A stretch of 64,000 nt of DNA from contig CAWBGA010000002.1 in NCBI GenBank assembly GCA_963788195.1, positions 1 through 64,000 of the forward strand, given 5' to 3'. Position numbers and translations under genes: made by a program. The stretch is from Nitrospirota bacterium (GTDB taxonomy: Bacteria; Nitrospirota; Nitrospiria; Nitrospirales; NS-4). Shown in pieces: positions 1 to 10,797 of this stretch (position 1 is the first letter of the stretch; every line of letters starts with the position of its first letter). The notes under the pieces are model-generated. The model was given only the letters and a program-made list of their open reading frames with translations, ran no database searches and had not been told where the DNA came from.

Positions 1-61
1 GGTTGCTGGGAAAGGTCATTTTTGGGTATCGTGATAGGTACACAGTACCATAACTCTCTCT

Positions 62-1024
62 ATGAGGCCTCGTATGCAGCACTTATACCGTTATGGACAT
101 AGGCTCATTCTTCTGACGCTCGCCACTGTTGGTGTTTTGACTGCATCACCAGGTATGGCCAAGGAAACGTTCACCGATGACGCCGGGGAGGTTCTATATC
201 TCATCGACGACGACGGAATTGTCTCGATGTTCGAAAACAGTCCCGGGACGGATGTGACCCTGACTGTCACACGCGGGACTCGGGAGCAAATGCAGCCCCA
301 GATTACGGAGATCACTCCCGACTCGATTCCCGCCGGCACCTACAATATTCTCAAGCTGACAGGCAAGAACCTGGTAGGGGCCAAGGTCAAACTTAGCGTG
401 CCGGGAATAGAGGTGGGTTCCTATTCCGGAAAACCGAAGAGACTCGATATCCCCGTGAATCTGCCGCTCACCGTGCCCTCGGGAGATGTTACGGTGGAAA
501 TCACAACGCCCATCGGCAGCACAAAGACTAAGTTCAAAGTCACCGATGTTCAAATAGGCGGCGGCGCCAGCACGCCCAAGCGGGATGATGTGATCAAACA
601 TCCAGGGCAGGGTTACGGCGCCGATGAAGGATCAGGCCTTATTTCTCAGACCGCACCGTCATCATGCCCTCAGGGAATGCTGGCGGTCGGCGGCGAGATG
701 GGCGGCTTCTGCATCGAGATCAACCACACGTTTAAGGGCGATTTTCGCGTGGCCGATCAGACCTGCGCACTGTCCGGCAAACGGCTCTGCATGGTCTATG
801 AGTGGCAAAAGGCCTGCGAGATGGCGACTGCCGGAAAGGTTCCCTTAAAAGACATGACCGGCCAATGGGAGTGGACGGGGGGCTATGAGGTTGTGTTGGA
901 TGAGACTCAGCAGGACACCGCGTATTTTCTGTACGGAAAGCCTGACTGTGCGGCGAAGCATAAGTCCATGCGTCTCGATGCCGAAAAATTCGTTGGGCGC
1001 TGCTGTCAAGGCGGCACCCAATAA
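62..1024 (+). CDS. Secreted family-A protein 1 (Ig/IPT-like domain + Cys-rich FGE/C-type-lectin-like C-terminal domain)
   Basis: Signal peptide; motifs VSMFENSPG, GKNLVGA, TPIG, CPxGM..GGFCI, KRLC..EW..AC, WEWT, GRCC shared with four other ORFs in the window. Domain names are inferred from motifs. Confidence 0.8.
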   Translation: MRPRMQHLYRYGHRLILLTLATVGVLTASPGMAKETFTDDAGEVLYLIDDDGIVSMFENSPGTDVTLTVTRGTREQMQPQITEITPDSIPAGTYNILKLTGKNLVGAKVKLSVPGIEVGSYSGKPKRLDIPVNLPLTVPSGDVTVEITTPIGSTKTKFKVTDVQIGGGASTPKRDDVIKHPGQGYGADEGSGLISQTAPSSCPQGMLAVGGEMGGFCIEINHTFKGDFRVADQTCALSGKRLCMVYEWQKACEMATAGKVPLKDMTGQWEWTGGYEVVLDETQQDTAYFLYGKPDCAAKHKSMRLDAEKFVGRCCQGGTQ

Positions 1025-1034
1025 TGGTTGACTG

Positions 1035-1943
1035 ATGTCCACTGCAAAACCCGTCTGTTTATTGCTTGCGGGGGTGCTACTACTCGCGGCATTTACCGGT
1101 GTCGCGCGTAGCGAGACGTTCAAGGACGAGGCAGGCCGCGTCATCTATATCATCGACGAGAACGGCATCGTTTCCATGTTCGAAAATAGCCCCGGGATCG
1201 ATATCACGCTCTCGGTCACCCGGGGTACTGTCGAGGAGATGCAGCCGCGGGTCACCGAGGTGACCCCTGAAACGGTCACGGCCGGAACGAATGCCCTGCT
1301 GAAACTCAAAGGTAAAAACCTGGTGGGGGCAACGGTCAAGTTCAGCGTGCCAAGCATCGAGGTCGAAGGGTATGCCGCCAAGCCCACGTCGCTCGATGTA
1401 CCGCTTCGGATTCCGGCCGATGTTCCTCCCGGGCCGGTGATGGTCGAGGTGCGTACCCCCATCGGCAGTACTAATGCCAATTTTAAAGTGACGGAGGTCC
1501 AAATTGGCGGCGGTGCACCGGTCCGGCGTGAGAGTCCGGTAAAACAGGCGGTCAGTACCGTCGCGCCGGCTTCATGTCCGGAGGGTATGGTCGGGGTGGG
1601 GGCGGAGCGGGGCGGGTTCTGCATCGAGACCGATCGCACGTTTGCGGCGGAGTATCAAAAAGCTGAAAAGACCTGTGCGGTTTCCGGGAAGCGGCTGTGC
1701 CAAGCTATAGAATGGCGAACGGCATGCCAGGAGGCGGCTCTCGGGAAGTTGCCGATGAAGAACATGCCCGGAGAGTGGGAATGGACGGGTACGGAGGCAA
1801 TTAAAGAAGTTCCCGGCCAATCAACGGACTACGGAGGCACGGGGGAACTCCGAGCGATCCTGCTGGGGCAGTCCGACTGTAAATCGGAGCGGGAGTACCA
1901 GACCTGGAGGCGTGAGAGCATTGCGGGCAGATGCTGTAAGTGA
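1035..1943 (+). CDS. Secreted family-A protein 2
   Basis: Tandem paralog of 62..1024 with the same motifs, ending GRCCK. Confidence 0.8.
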   Translation: MSTAKPVCLLLAGVLLLAAFTGVARSETFKDEAGRVIYIIDENGIVSMFENSPGIDITLSVTRGTVEEMQPRVTEVTPETVTAGTNALLKLKGKNLVGATVKFSVPSIEVEGYAAKPTSLDVPLRIPADVPPGPVMVEVRTPIGSTNANFKVTEVQIGGGAPVRRESPVKQAVSTVAPASCPEGMVGVGAERGGFCIETDRTFAAEYQKAEKTCAVSGKRLCQAIEWRTACQEAALGKLPMKNMPGEWEWTGTEAIKEVPGQSTDYGGTGELRAILLGQSDCKSEREYQTWRRESIAGRCCK

Positions 1944-2032
1944 GCCGGTCGTGGGCGGGTTGGGTTCATGAGGGCATATGATGAAGCAAATCAGGGGGCA
2001 GAGAAAGCACCCCGGCGGCCTTAAATGATCAT

Positions 2033-2204
2033 CAGGCCTCCACGGGGAAACGAGCTTGTCTTGGCGAGCTCGGGGGTGGGCTGGGTGCAACGTCGAGCAA
2101 GCTTTGTTTGGCGGGTGCCAGGGGGAGAAAGGAGTTTGTCCGGGGCACCCCTTGCCATCCCGTGCAAGGGGTCGAGTACTCCAGGGCGGGCGGGTGCAAT
2201 GGCC
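2033..2204. repeat. Dispersed intergenic repeat element (inverted related copy at about 62218-62326)
   Basis: Shares CTCC..GGAAA, TCGGGGG.GGGCTGGGTGCAA, GGGTGC..GAGAAA and GCGGGCGGGTGCAATGGC, in order, with the reverse complement of 62218-62326. Confidence 0.6.
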
Positions 2205-2719
2205 AAAAGGAGATCATTCTGCTGCTCGGAGTGGCGATAACATTTCTCAATGTGGTGCCCTCGTATGCGGTGCGGATAAGCGGCGAACTCAACGAATTCC
2301 ATGGGTACAGGATGGAGGCGCCGCTTTCGGCTTACCCCCATCTCAGACAGGTCAAGACCTGGAATACGGACTTCGTTAAGGAAGTGGGGCTTTATGAGAA
2401 TCCTCAGGAAGTTCCGATGATCGACGGAGTTGTTTTTACCGCTGCCCAGTACCGCTTTGCCGACTCGAAATTGGAAAGCATCAATCTCTTATTCGAAGGA
2501 CGCGAAAATCGGGATCGTTTGTTGAAATGGATCGAGCAGCAGTACGGCATGCTTTTGCCGACCGAGCGAAAGAGGATGATCAATCAGGTGGAATGGCACG
2601 GCGACCGATTAACCATTACCCTAAGTTACAATCCTGAGACGACCCTTGGCACGTTATGGTTTATCTCACCGACCCTGCATCATCTCGTCAATAAGAACAT
2701 CAACGATATGACCGAATAG
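2108..2719 (+). CDS. Secreted family-B protein 1 (true start uncertain, probably near 2200)
   Basis: YRFADSKLESINLLFEGRENRDRLLKW..YG.L...ERK..VEWHG..ITLSYNP...G.LWF.S motif shared with 30586, 32189 and 55841; the 5' part of the ORF overlaps the repeat element. Confidence 0.75.
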   Translation: MAGARGRKEFVRGTPCHPVQGVEYSRAGGCNGQKEIILLLGVAITFLNVVPSYAVRISGELNEFHGYRMEAPLSAYPHLRQVKTWNTDFVKEVGLYENPQEVPMIDGVVFTAAQYRFADSKLESINLLFEGRENRDRLLKWIEQQYGMLLPTERKRMINQVEWHGDRLTITLSYNPETTLGTLWFISPTLHHLVNKNINDMTE

Positions 2720-4031
2720 TGCATCAGTTGGTGGATCCCGAGGCGATAACCAGATTCCGCAAGCACTTGCATGAAACTGCCGCTGAGCAGCGCGAAGAAT
2801 GGAGCGCTTCGCGACGGCTCGTGTCGCCGGATCTCGTACCTCAGACGATCCAGCGACTGAACGTTGCCCTGGCGAATTCCAGTCTAGACCCCGTTGTGAG
2901 GGAGTCCTTGCTCGAAGCTCTGATTCCCGGAGAAGCAGGTGGCGTCAAGGCGGTTTCCGGGGAGACACTTCGCCGCATCACTGGGCTCAATCCTACAAAG
3001 GCCATCCGTAAACTTTGCATACTCCTGGGCCTTCTCGGCTTCGACCCCCTCACCGGCTGTCCCGATATCGCAGATGTCTCAGCCGGAAGTCGAAGCTGCC
3101 GTCCGCGCAACCGAGAACCCATTTGATCTGCTGCTCGCCGCCGACATCTCCTCAGTTGTGGATTTTGGCGCAGGCGACTTGACCTTCGAAGAGCACTTGG
3201 TTGAAGCCTATCTCGGAGCATTAGAAGCGGCGGAAAAGGATTTGACCATTCATTGCCTGGATCGCTTGGACCTGGCCGCGGAAGGCAGCAGCTTGGTACG
3301 GGCCGGTCAGGAGCGTTTGCAAAGACTGCGCCGGCATCCTTCCCCTCGCCTGCAATTCCAGTTTTTCAGCGATCAGGACATGTTTAGCGTCCACGACAAC
3401 ACTGCCTGCACGCGTTATACAATCGCGGTGTGCCACAGCCCCTCGTCCCCAACGTTTGCGTATGAGCCGTCCAGACTGTCCGAAGGAGGCCATCGAGCGA
3501 CGATTGCGCGAAACCAAAGGTGACTTCCGCCGGGTAGATCGGGCAGGTCGACCGGTGCTGGAGGTTCAGCATCGCGGTGAATGGCTGACATTTCCGCCCT
3601 GGAAGTTCGACGTCTATGGACCGTTGGCGCTCCTCGATCTCCTCTCGCGAAGTGGTAAACTCTGCGTGATGGGCGCCATTGACCAGGAGGTTTTTTGGGA
3701 GATCTTGTCCCAGCTGCTGCCTGAGGAACAGGCGCGGCCGCGAGATGTGTTTTATAGCGAAGAGAACGTCCGCAAATACTTTGGCCCGACTTACGAGACC
3801 CTCGCGAAGCTCGCGGTCGGGGAGGCAACCATCCTCGAGCAGCCGCGACAGGATATTCCGCGTGTTCTTGGTCAAGAAAGGGATCGACACGAACGGTATG
3901 GCTTTCGATACGTGGAGGTTCGTCGCGGCGCGTTGTTTCCAGGAGTGCCCGCGGGCAGAACGGCGTATGTCTTTGATCAGATGACCAGTGAGGCGGCGCC
4001 GTGGTTCCTGACCTTGGTGCCCTCGATATGA
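2719..4031 (+). CDS. Hypothetical protein with a Rossmann/SAM-binding-like VVDFGAG motif; two +1 frameshifts (~3033, ~3485)
   Basis: ORFs 2719..3126, 2939..3523 and 3456..4031 join into one reading frame when single bases are removed; coupled to flanking genes. Confidence 0.6.
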
Positions 4032-4047
4032 GAAGGGCGCTATCTCC

Positions 4048-5994
4048 ATGAAAGTCATTCGAGATCGACTGCCGGTGGCCTCGGGGCCGGTCTTCACCGA
4101 TGATGGTCGGGCGAATTCGCTCTATCTCAACGAGCTGTTTGATGCGGTCGCGAAGGAGACCTCCGCGCGGCTGCGCCGGCGCTACAAGGCCGAGGTGCCG
4201 CTGACGGGCGGGTTGTGGGGCGGGTCGTGGTATTTCACCGATGACCGCGGGTATACCCGGGCTCGGTTTCGCAGACTGTACAGCCTGGTGTGCGTGCCAC
4301 AAATTCCATCACTGAACGATGCAGACAACTACAACATTGTCTTCTGGCAGTATTCGAAGGTGTTAGGCGAGGCTTTTACTCCCTACGGCATCGCTCTCGG
4401 TGAGGCCCAGTGGGGCGAGAGCATCCCGTACAGCAACCGCCTGAGGCCCCTCATTTCGCTGCAGATGTGGGACGCCAACAAGAAGATTGATTTCATCCGA
4501 TGTTTCTTCAGCTATAACTCCGCAAGCTGGGAGGAGGCCTACCTTTACGAGACGGTTCGCCTGATCCAGCAAACAAAGGAAGCCTTGGACAACCGAACGA
4601 TGGCGGAGCCACCGCGTCTGGAAGGAATGGCCGTCCGGTTCCAGCTTCAAGACATCGTGATCCTCTACTCCACGCTGGAACCGATCCTGTCCGACGCGAC
4701 GAAAGCCGTCGCAGGACCACTGGTTGCTCGGATTAAGACCCGCTTTGCCCAAGGCATGAACGATGAGGATGAGATGCGAGGCATCAATGCCGAAGCCTTC
4801 AAGAGCGGCCTGATCTATGGCTACGAGGATGCCATCCGCGACGAATTTGCCAGGGAAGGGCTTGATATTACGAAAATGGAGGACTGGCCGGTACAGAAGA
4901 TCAATCGTGTCCCGGACAGCATCAAAGCGAAGCTGATACCGCCGCTAAAGGCTATCTTCAAAGGATTCCAGACGCAATTGAAGGCCACAGAGGACCGCGA
5001 AAAGAGTCGGGGCATGAAAATCATTCGCGATCAGATCCCGAGCGTGCATGGACAGGTGTTCACTCCCGAAGGCAGGGCTAATTCGCTCTATCTCGGGGAA
5101 TTGTTCGATGCGATCGCCAAGGAAACTTCCGCCCGGCTACGCCGGCGGTATCGGGCCGACATTCCGCTGAGCGGAGGGCTGTGGGGCGGGTCCTGGTATT
5201 TCGCCGATGAGAAAGGCTACACCCGGGCGCGCTTTCGTCGTCTGTACAGCATCGTGTGCGTGCCCCAGATTCCGGCGCTGAACGACGCCGATAACTATAA
5301 CCAGGTCTTTCAGCAGTATATCAATGCGCTGCATGACGGGTTTGCCGCGTATGGCATCGAGATGCACATGGCGCAATACGGAGAGCCTGTGCAGTACAGC
5401 AACCGGCTTCGTCCCACGATTTCCTTTCAGATGTGGGATGCCAATCAGAAGATTGACTATATCCGGTCATTCTTCGTGTACAACTCAGCGGAGTGGGAAG
5501 AGGCGTACCTCTACGAGACTGTCCGATTAATCAAGCAGGCGAAAGAAGCCCTGGACAACAAGGCCCTTGCAGAGCCACCTCGGTTGGAAGGGATGCCGAC
5601 CCGCTACCAGCTTCAGGACATTGTGATACTGTACTATACGCTGGAACCGGTGCTGTCCGAGGAAACCAAAGCCATTGCGGCCCCGCTTGTTGAGCGCATC
5701 AAGGCGCGGTTTGCCCAGGGCATGAAAGACGAGGCCGAGATGAACGCGCTCAATGCGGAGGCGTTCAAGAGCGGCCTCATCTACGGCTATGAAGATGCAA
5801 TTCGGGAGGATTTTTCGCGGGACGACCTGGACATCAACAAGATCGAGGACTGGCCCATTGAATATATCAATAGAGTGCCGAGCACGTTGAAAGCCAAGCT
5901 CATTCCTGCCCTGAAAGCCGTCTTCGAGGGATTCCGAACTAATCTCGAAGCCGATGAAGCAGCAACCGCGGGCGGGAAGCGGCGAAGGAAGTAG
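4048..5994 (+). CDS. Hypothetical protein made of two tandem ~320-aa homologous domains (family C)
   Basis: Residues 1-322 (MKVIRDR..) and 323-648 (MKIIRDQ.., ATG at 5014) share GGLWGGSWYF, GYTRARFRRLYS, WEEAYLYETVRLI, FKSGLIYGYEDAIR. Confidence 0.85.
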   Translation: MKVIRDRLPVASGPVFTDDGRANSLYLNELFDAVAKETSARLRRRYKAEVPLTGGLWGGSWYFTDDRGYTRARFRRLYSLVCVPQIPSLNDADNYNIVFWQYSKVLGEAFTPYGIALGEAQWGESIPYSNRLRPLISLQMWDANKKIDFIRCFFSYNSASWEEAYLYETVRLIQQTKEALDNRTMAEPPRLEGMAVRFQLQDIVILYSTLEPILSDATKAVAGPLVARIKTRFAQGMNDEDEMRGINAEAFKSGLIYGYEDAIRDEFAREGLDITKMEDWPVQKINRVPDSIKAKLIPPLKAIFKGFQTQLKATEDREKSRGMKIIRDQIPSVHGQVFTPEGRANSLYLGELFDAIAKETSARLRRRYRADIPLSGGLWGGSWYFADEKGYTRARFRRLYSIVCVPQIPALNDADNYNQVFQQYINALHDGFAAYGIEMHMAQYGEPVQYSNRLRPTISFQMWDANQKIDYIRSFFVYNSAEWEEAYLYETVRLIKQAKEALDNKALAEPPRLEGMPTRYQLQDIVILYYTLEPVLSEETKAIAAPLVERIKARFAQGMKDEAEMNALNAEAFKSGLIYGYEDAIREDFSRDDLDINKIEDWPIEYINRVPSTLKAKLIPALKAVFEGFRTNLEADEAATAGGKRRRK

Positions 5995-6017
5995 TACTCA
6001 CCGAGGGAGGAATTGGG

Positions 6018-6224
6018 ATGCCGCGATGGCTTGATGACATGACGAACGCCGGCGAACCCGGGATCCCCCAGATGTTACGCGAGGCCGTGTGGGAGCGGGA
6101 CGAAGCGCAATGCACCGAGTGCGGGGCCACCGAAGATATCGATGTCTACTGCACCCTGCCGTACGGGATGCCGACCGAGAGTAATTCAAGGATTCTGTGT
6201 AAAGCGTGCAGGCGCCTACTCTAA
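6018..6224 (+). CDS. Small HNH-like zinc-binding protein
   Basis: RBS GGAGG; LREAVWERD..CxxCG...SNxxxLCxxC pattern typical of HNH domains; no His residue in the ORF. Confidence 0.55.
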   Translation: MPRWLDDMTNAGEPGIPQMLREAVWERDEAQCTECGATEDIDVYCTLPYGMPTESNSRILCKACRRLL

Positions 6225-6257
6225 CAGAAAAGTCGCCTGTCCCGTTTTTTATAAGTC

Positions 6258-6929
6258 TTACTTGGTGATGTCGAGCAGCTCGACTTCGAAAATAAGTGTG
6301 GCGCCCGGCTTGATGGCCGGCGGCGAGCCTCGGTCGCCATATGCGAGATTGGGAGGACACACCAAACGACTCTTTCCACCCACCTTCATTTGTTGCAAGC
6401 CTTCGGTCCAACACTTGATGACGTTTCCCAACGGGAAGGAGATCGGCTCTCCTCGTGCAATAGAACTATCGAACACCGTGCCATCAATCAGCGTGCCCTG
6501 ATAATGGACCTTCACCGTATCCGTGGCCTTCGGTGAGGCGCCCTTCCCGGGCTTGATCGTTGTGATCAGAATTCCCGAGTCGGTCTTTTTGGTGTTTGGT
6601 TCGCCGGCCGCCTTCGCGAGAAAGCCAGCCGCCGCCTTCTTTTCAATCTCGGCGACTGCGCCGGCGCGCGCCTGCTGCAGTGCTTGGATCTTCGGCATGT
6701 ATGCTTGGATCTCGACTTTGCTCGGGCGTTTCAGGACTCCGTCCGTGATCCCGGCCTTCACCAGCTCGAGCTCAGACTCACTGAGGTTGAAGGCGCTGAG
6801 GGACTGACTCACTGCCGCTCCCAATGCATAAAACGTCTTTTGGTCCTCGGTCGTCGGTTCGGGTGGCGCCCCGAATGCCCCTGATGCCACGACCCAGAGG
6901 AGAGATAAGCAGAACAAGGCAATCCGCAT
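6258..6929 (-). CDS. FKBP-type peptidyl-prolyl cis-trans isomerase (FkpA/Mip-like, exported)
   Basis: Signal peptide; [46 protein letters not shown]. Confidence 0.95.
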   Translation of the reverse strand: MRIALFCLSLLWVVASGAFGAPPEPTTEDQKTFYALGAAVSQSLSAFNLSESELELVKAGITDGVLKRPSKVEIQAYMPKIQALQQARAGAVAEIEKKAAAGFLAKAAGEPNTKKTDSGILITTIKPGKGASPKATDTVKVHYQGTLIDGTVFDSSIARGEPISFPLGNVIKCWTEGLQQMKVGGKSRLVCPPNLAYGDRGSPPAIKPGATLIFEVELLDITK

Positions 6930-7091
6930 GGTTATTTCCTTTGTGTGTTGGTTGGGTGGAAACAGTAAGGATACATGTCTTTACAGTTACTCTCAAGAGG
7001 CTGATCGCCGAAAAAGTGGGACTGCTTGACGCGGAAAGTTGTGTTATAAGCTGAAAACAGCAAGAGTATTAACCTGAGCACGGAGGTTCCC

Positions 7092-7367
7092 ATGAGGATG
7101 CTAGTCATAGCCGCAATTGCCGTTTCCTTTGCATTCGCTGGGTTTTATCCTGTTGCCCTGGCTGGAGAGACGAAGGCGCAGGGCGAAAAGCTGAAGGGAG
7201 AAGTGAAGGCCGATACCGAGCGCGTGAAAGGCGAGGCGAAGGGATTAAAGGAAGACATTAAAGGAAATGAAATGACGGCGGACATGGAACGCACGAAGGG
7301 GAAGGTGAAGGCCCAGGGCGAGAAAGCCAAAGCGAAGGTCAAGGAAGAGAAAGCCAGAGCGGAATAG
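7092..7367 (+). CDS. Small secreted Lys/Glu-rich repeat protein (CsbD/LEA-like)
   Basis: RBS GGAGG, signal peptide, repeated KAQGEK/KGE units. Confidence 0.65.
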   Translation: MRMLVIAAIAVSFAFAGFYPVALAGETKAQGEKLKGEVKADTERVKGEAKGLKEDIKGNEMTADMERTKGKVKAQGEKAKAKVKEEKARAE

Positions 7368-7376
7368 TCCACGATA

Positions 7377-7410
7377 CGCCGCCGATCGCATAGTCGGCGG
7401 CGCCGGTTTT
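7377..7410. terminator. Hairpin terminator between convergent genes
   Basis: CGCCGCCGA-N8-TCGGCGGCG stem followed by a short T run. Confidence 0.55.
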
Positions 7411-7415
7411 GTGCC

Positions 7416-8677
7416 TTATATCGTCCTTACATCTTTGAAGGTGTAGGACTGCCGGTTCACGACGGGGTATACCGAGAAAATCGGCGTGTTGTAAGGGACG
7501 ACCGCTGTCTCTGTTCCCGGTAACAGGCCGAGGTGCATATTGATGTAGTTGAAGCTGAGTCCATCCTGCCAAGGCTGTTTCATGCTCCCGGCATAGGCCG
7601 CCACCTTCTCGGTTCCATAGGTGCGGATCACCAAACCCGAGGCGCCCGTCAATCCGTACTCGTGCAGGTCGGGGGCGCCTTGCAGGAGGAGGGCAATGTT
7701 GGCGGCGTCGAACCAGACTTTAATGTTGCAGACAATCTGCACGTATGGGCCGAGGGTATTCGACCCTTCGAGAAACGCCTGGGCCAGGCCAATCTCGGGT
7801 GGAGTATCGGCGGCAATGGCCGTTCGACGGTGCCGAGCTCCGCTTCCTTTACCTCAGATGCGGAAACGAACAAGAGGTTGGGATCGTCGAGCGCAATGTC
7901 CAACACTTCGCTGCTCCAGTAGCTACAGAGCTTCCCCAGTTCATACCGCAAAGGATAAGAGTAGCCCATCTTGGCATACCAGATGCGAACCCCCGCTGAC
8001 AGAGGATCATCGGGCCTCCGGCTGATTTTCAGGTCAAAGGGGAGCATGAGGTGAAAGGCATTGGTCCGGGCATTCATGAACGGCGCGCACGCACCGGGAA
8101 ATTCCTTCTGGACCAAGGCATTGTCCGGCAGGAATTTGCGTTCGGTGCCGGGGTTCTTAAACTGCTGCGCGGTGTGAGCCTCCGGTGAGAGTTTGAACTT
8201 TCGTTGGTAATAGGCAGTGGCGCGCTTCTGGGCGACGGTGAGAAAATAGTCCGGCAGATCGGTTTCGACGATGATCTGCTGTTTCTCAGCGGCCGGCGCG
8301 CGCTGGCTTCGGTAAGCCTCGTTGTAGATTCCAAGCTCTGCTTCGGTCTTGAGTATCTCCTGTCGTAGCTCCCTGAGCAGATTTTGATCCACGTATTGCG
8401 TCCGGTGGAGAATGCCCACCGCTTTTTGGAGCGCCTCGAGCTTGAATTTGAACCGTTTCGGCTCGTCCGCGAAAGCTTCGGAGAGCGCCATCCACAGATT
8501 GAATTGCTCCTCCGGCAGAAGTCCCAGCCCGTCGAGATCCTGGTCCCTGCCAAAGGCAAACGCCAAGGGCCCGAATGACTCTTCTTTGCGCAGGCACAAT
8601 GTCATCAGGTAATTGAAATAGGCCCGGGCTTCCTGGGGGACCATACCGGATGTCGGAGATGAAGTCGGCTCGTCCAT
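7416..8677 (-). CDS. Hypothetical protein (frameshift near 7812; start uncertain)
   Basis: ORFs 7649..8779 and 7416..7742 join through ..ADTPPEIGLAQAFLEGSNTLGPYVQIVCN.. Confidence 0.6.
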
Positions 8678-8954
8678 ACCTATTTGGGGCCTCGTCTGCC
8701 AGGGCTTATCTGTCACGGTAGTAGGATTGACGACGAGTGCTAACGGCAGATACTGTGGGATTGGTGCAGACCGTGTCAAGGCACGTCCGAGTGCGGGTAG
8801 GGCTTGACCGGATTCGACCGGGACGCCTAGAATTACTGTTTGGCTGTTTAAGGGCCCACACCGCTATGGTCATGAAAAGACCGGTTGAATGAGAATCGAA
8901 TACAACAAGGGCGAGCGAGCGGACCTGCTCCAACCGCAGCGACCATCGGGAAGT

Positions 8955-10797
8955 ATGAGCGGCCGGAAGATGAAGGTTCTACTCATCTTTCCTCCGGACT
9001 GGTACCCTTCAGAACCTTACCTGAGCCTGCCGTCTCTCACCGCCGTGCTTCGAACCGCCGGACACGACGTTGTGCAGAAAGACGTCAATTTGGAGATGTA
9101 CGACTGGTTCTTCAGCGGTGATTTCCTGCGCCGCGTCCTCAAAAAAGTCCCGCAGCAACTCGAGCGCCTGCGAAAGATCGCCCGATCGAGGGAGTTGACC
9201 GACGTCGAGCAGGATCTTCAAATGGCGCTCTGCAACCTGACCCGGGAGCGGATTGCTCCAGTTGACGACGACAGCCGAAAAGGCGAAGCAGGTCGTCCGA
9301 AGCCCTGAGTTTTATGATGTCGAGAAGCTGGAATGGGCAATCGGGGCCTTTCGTGAGGTCACCGAGGCCATCTCCCTCGTGTACGCTCCGGCACGAATTT
9401 GCATGCCGCCCATGGAGACGGATCTTTCCTACAAGGTGTTCATGTCGTCGGAGCTGCTGGAGGCCGTCGAAGACACGCAGGTCAACATCTATCGCGACGT
9501 GTTTGATCAGCTGGTGAAGCCGGTCATCGAGGCGGAGCGGCCGGACGTCGTCGGCATCTCCATCGTGTTGCAGCAACAATTGTTCTCGACCATGACCTTC
9601 TGCGCGTTGATCAAGCAGCAGTTCCCGAACATCCATGTGACGATCGGTGGCAATACGGTGACACGGCTGCGCGATGTCCTACCGGAGACGCCGAGACTGT
9701 TTACCGTGTTTGACAGCGCCGTGGTGTATGAAGGCGAGACGGCATTTCTGAAGCTCGTCGAAGCCGTCGGCGCGGGCGGAGATTTCAGCAGGATCCCCAA
9801 TGTGATCTACCGCGATGCCGCCGGCATCCATACGTCGTCCCTGACGTACGCGGAGGACATGTCTGAGCTTCCGTCGCCGGACTTCGATGGCCTGCCGCTG
9901 GAGAAGTATTTCGTGCCGGAGCCCATGCTGTCCTATTTGGCGACCCGCGGCTGTTATTGGGGGCGATGCGAGTTTTGCGATCATGGCGAAGGCTATACGG
10001 CGGGGTATCGCACGAAGAAAATCGAGCAGATCATCGAAGAGATCCGCGCGCTGAAGACGAAGCATCAGGTGCGGCATTTTCACTTTACCGATGAGTCCTA
10101 TCCACCGGCCCTGTTTCGAAAGCTCTGCCGGCAGTTGATCGATAAAAATCTGGACATCGTGTGGCAGACGCACATGCGGTTTGAAAAAAGCCTCCTGGAG
10201 GAATCCCTGTGGAAGGATGCGTGGGCCGCCGGCTGCCGCTACCTGCACTTCGGCTACGAGTCCGGGGACGAGCGCGTGCTCAAGCTCATGGACAAAGCCA
10301 CGACCAAGGATGTCATCCGCCAAAGCCTGCAGTTTTCCGCCGGCGTTGGAATCTGGAACCATGCGATGGGATTCTTTGGCTTCCCGGGCGAGACTCGCGA
10401 TGAAGCCTGGTCCTCAGTGAAATTTCTGGAGGAGAACAAGGACCTTGTCCACTCGGTGGGGTTCGGCACCTTTGACCTGAGCAAGCACACGCCGGTCGCG
10501 AAGCATCCCGAGAAATGGGGTGTGACGGCTTACAAGAATCCGGAATGGGATCTGGCATTGGACTACTATTACACCGTCAAAGAAGGCCTGAGCGTCGAGG
10601 AAGCCGAGCAGGTCTTCGAAGAGTTCGAGCGCAACCATAATCCCGGCTGGGATCTAAAAATCTTCATCCGCGAGTATGTCTTTTTGTACGTCGCCAAATT
10701 CGGCACCAACCGACTGCCCGCTCTTCAGTTCGCCGCATTGCGTTCCGGATATTCGGAACCCAGCAGCCAGAGTAGTATCGAAGCCAATGTCTGTTGA
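8955..10797 (+). CDS. B12-binding-domain radical SAM protein 1 (+1 frameshift near 9258)
   Basis: LLIFPP..PYLSLPSL N-terminus, PDVVGIS, IGGN, YEGE, ATRGCYWGRCEFC, FTDE, GYES; collinear with the downstream paralog. Confidence 0.9.
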
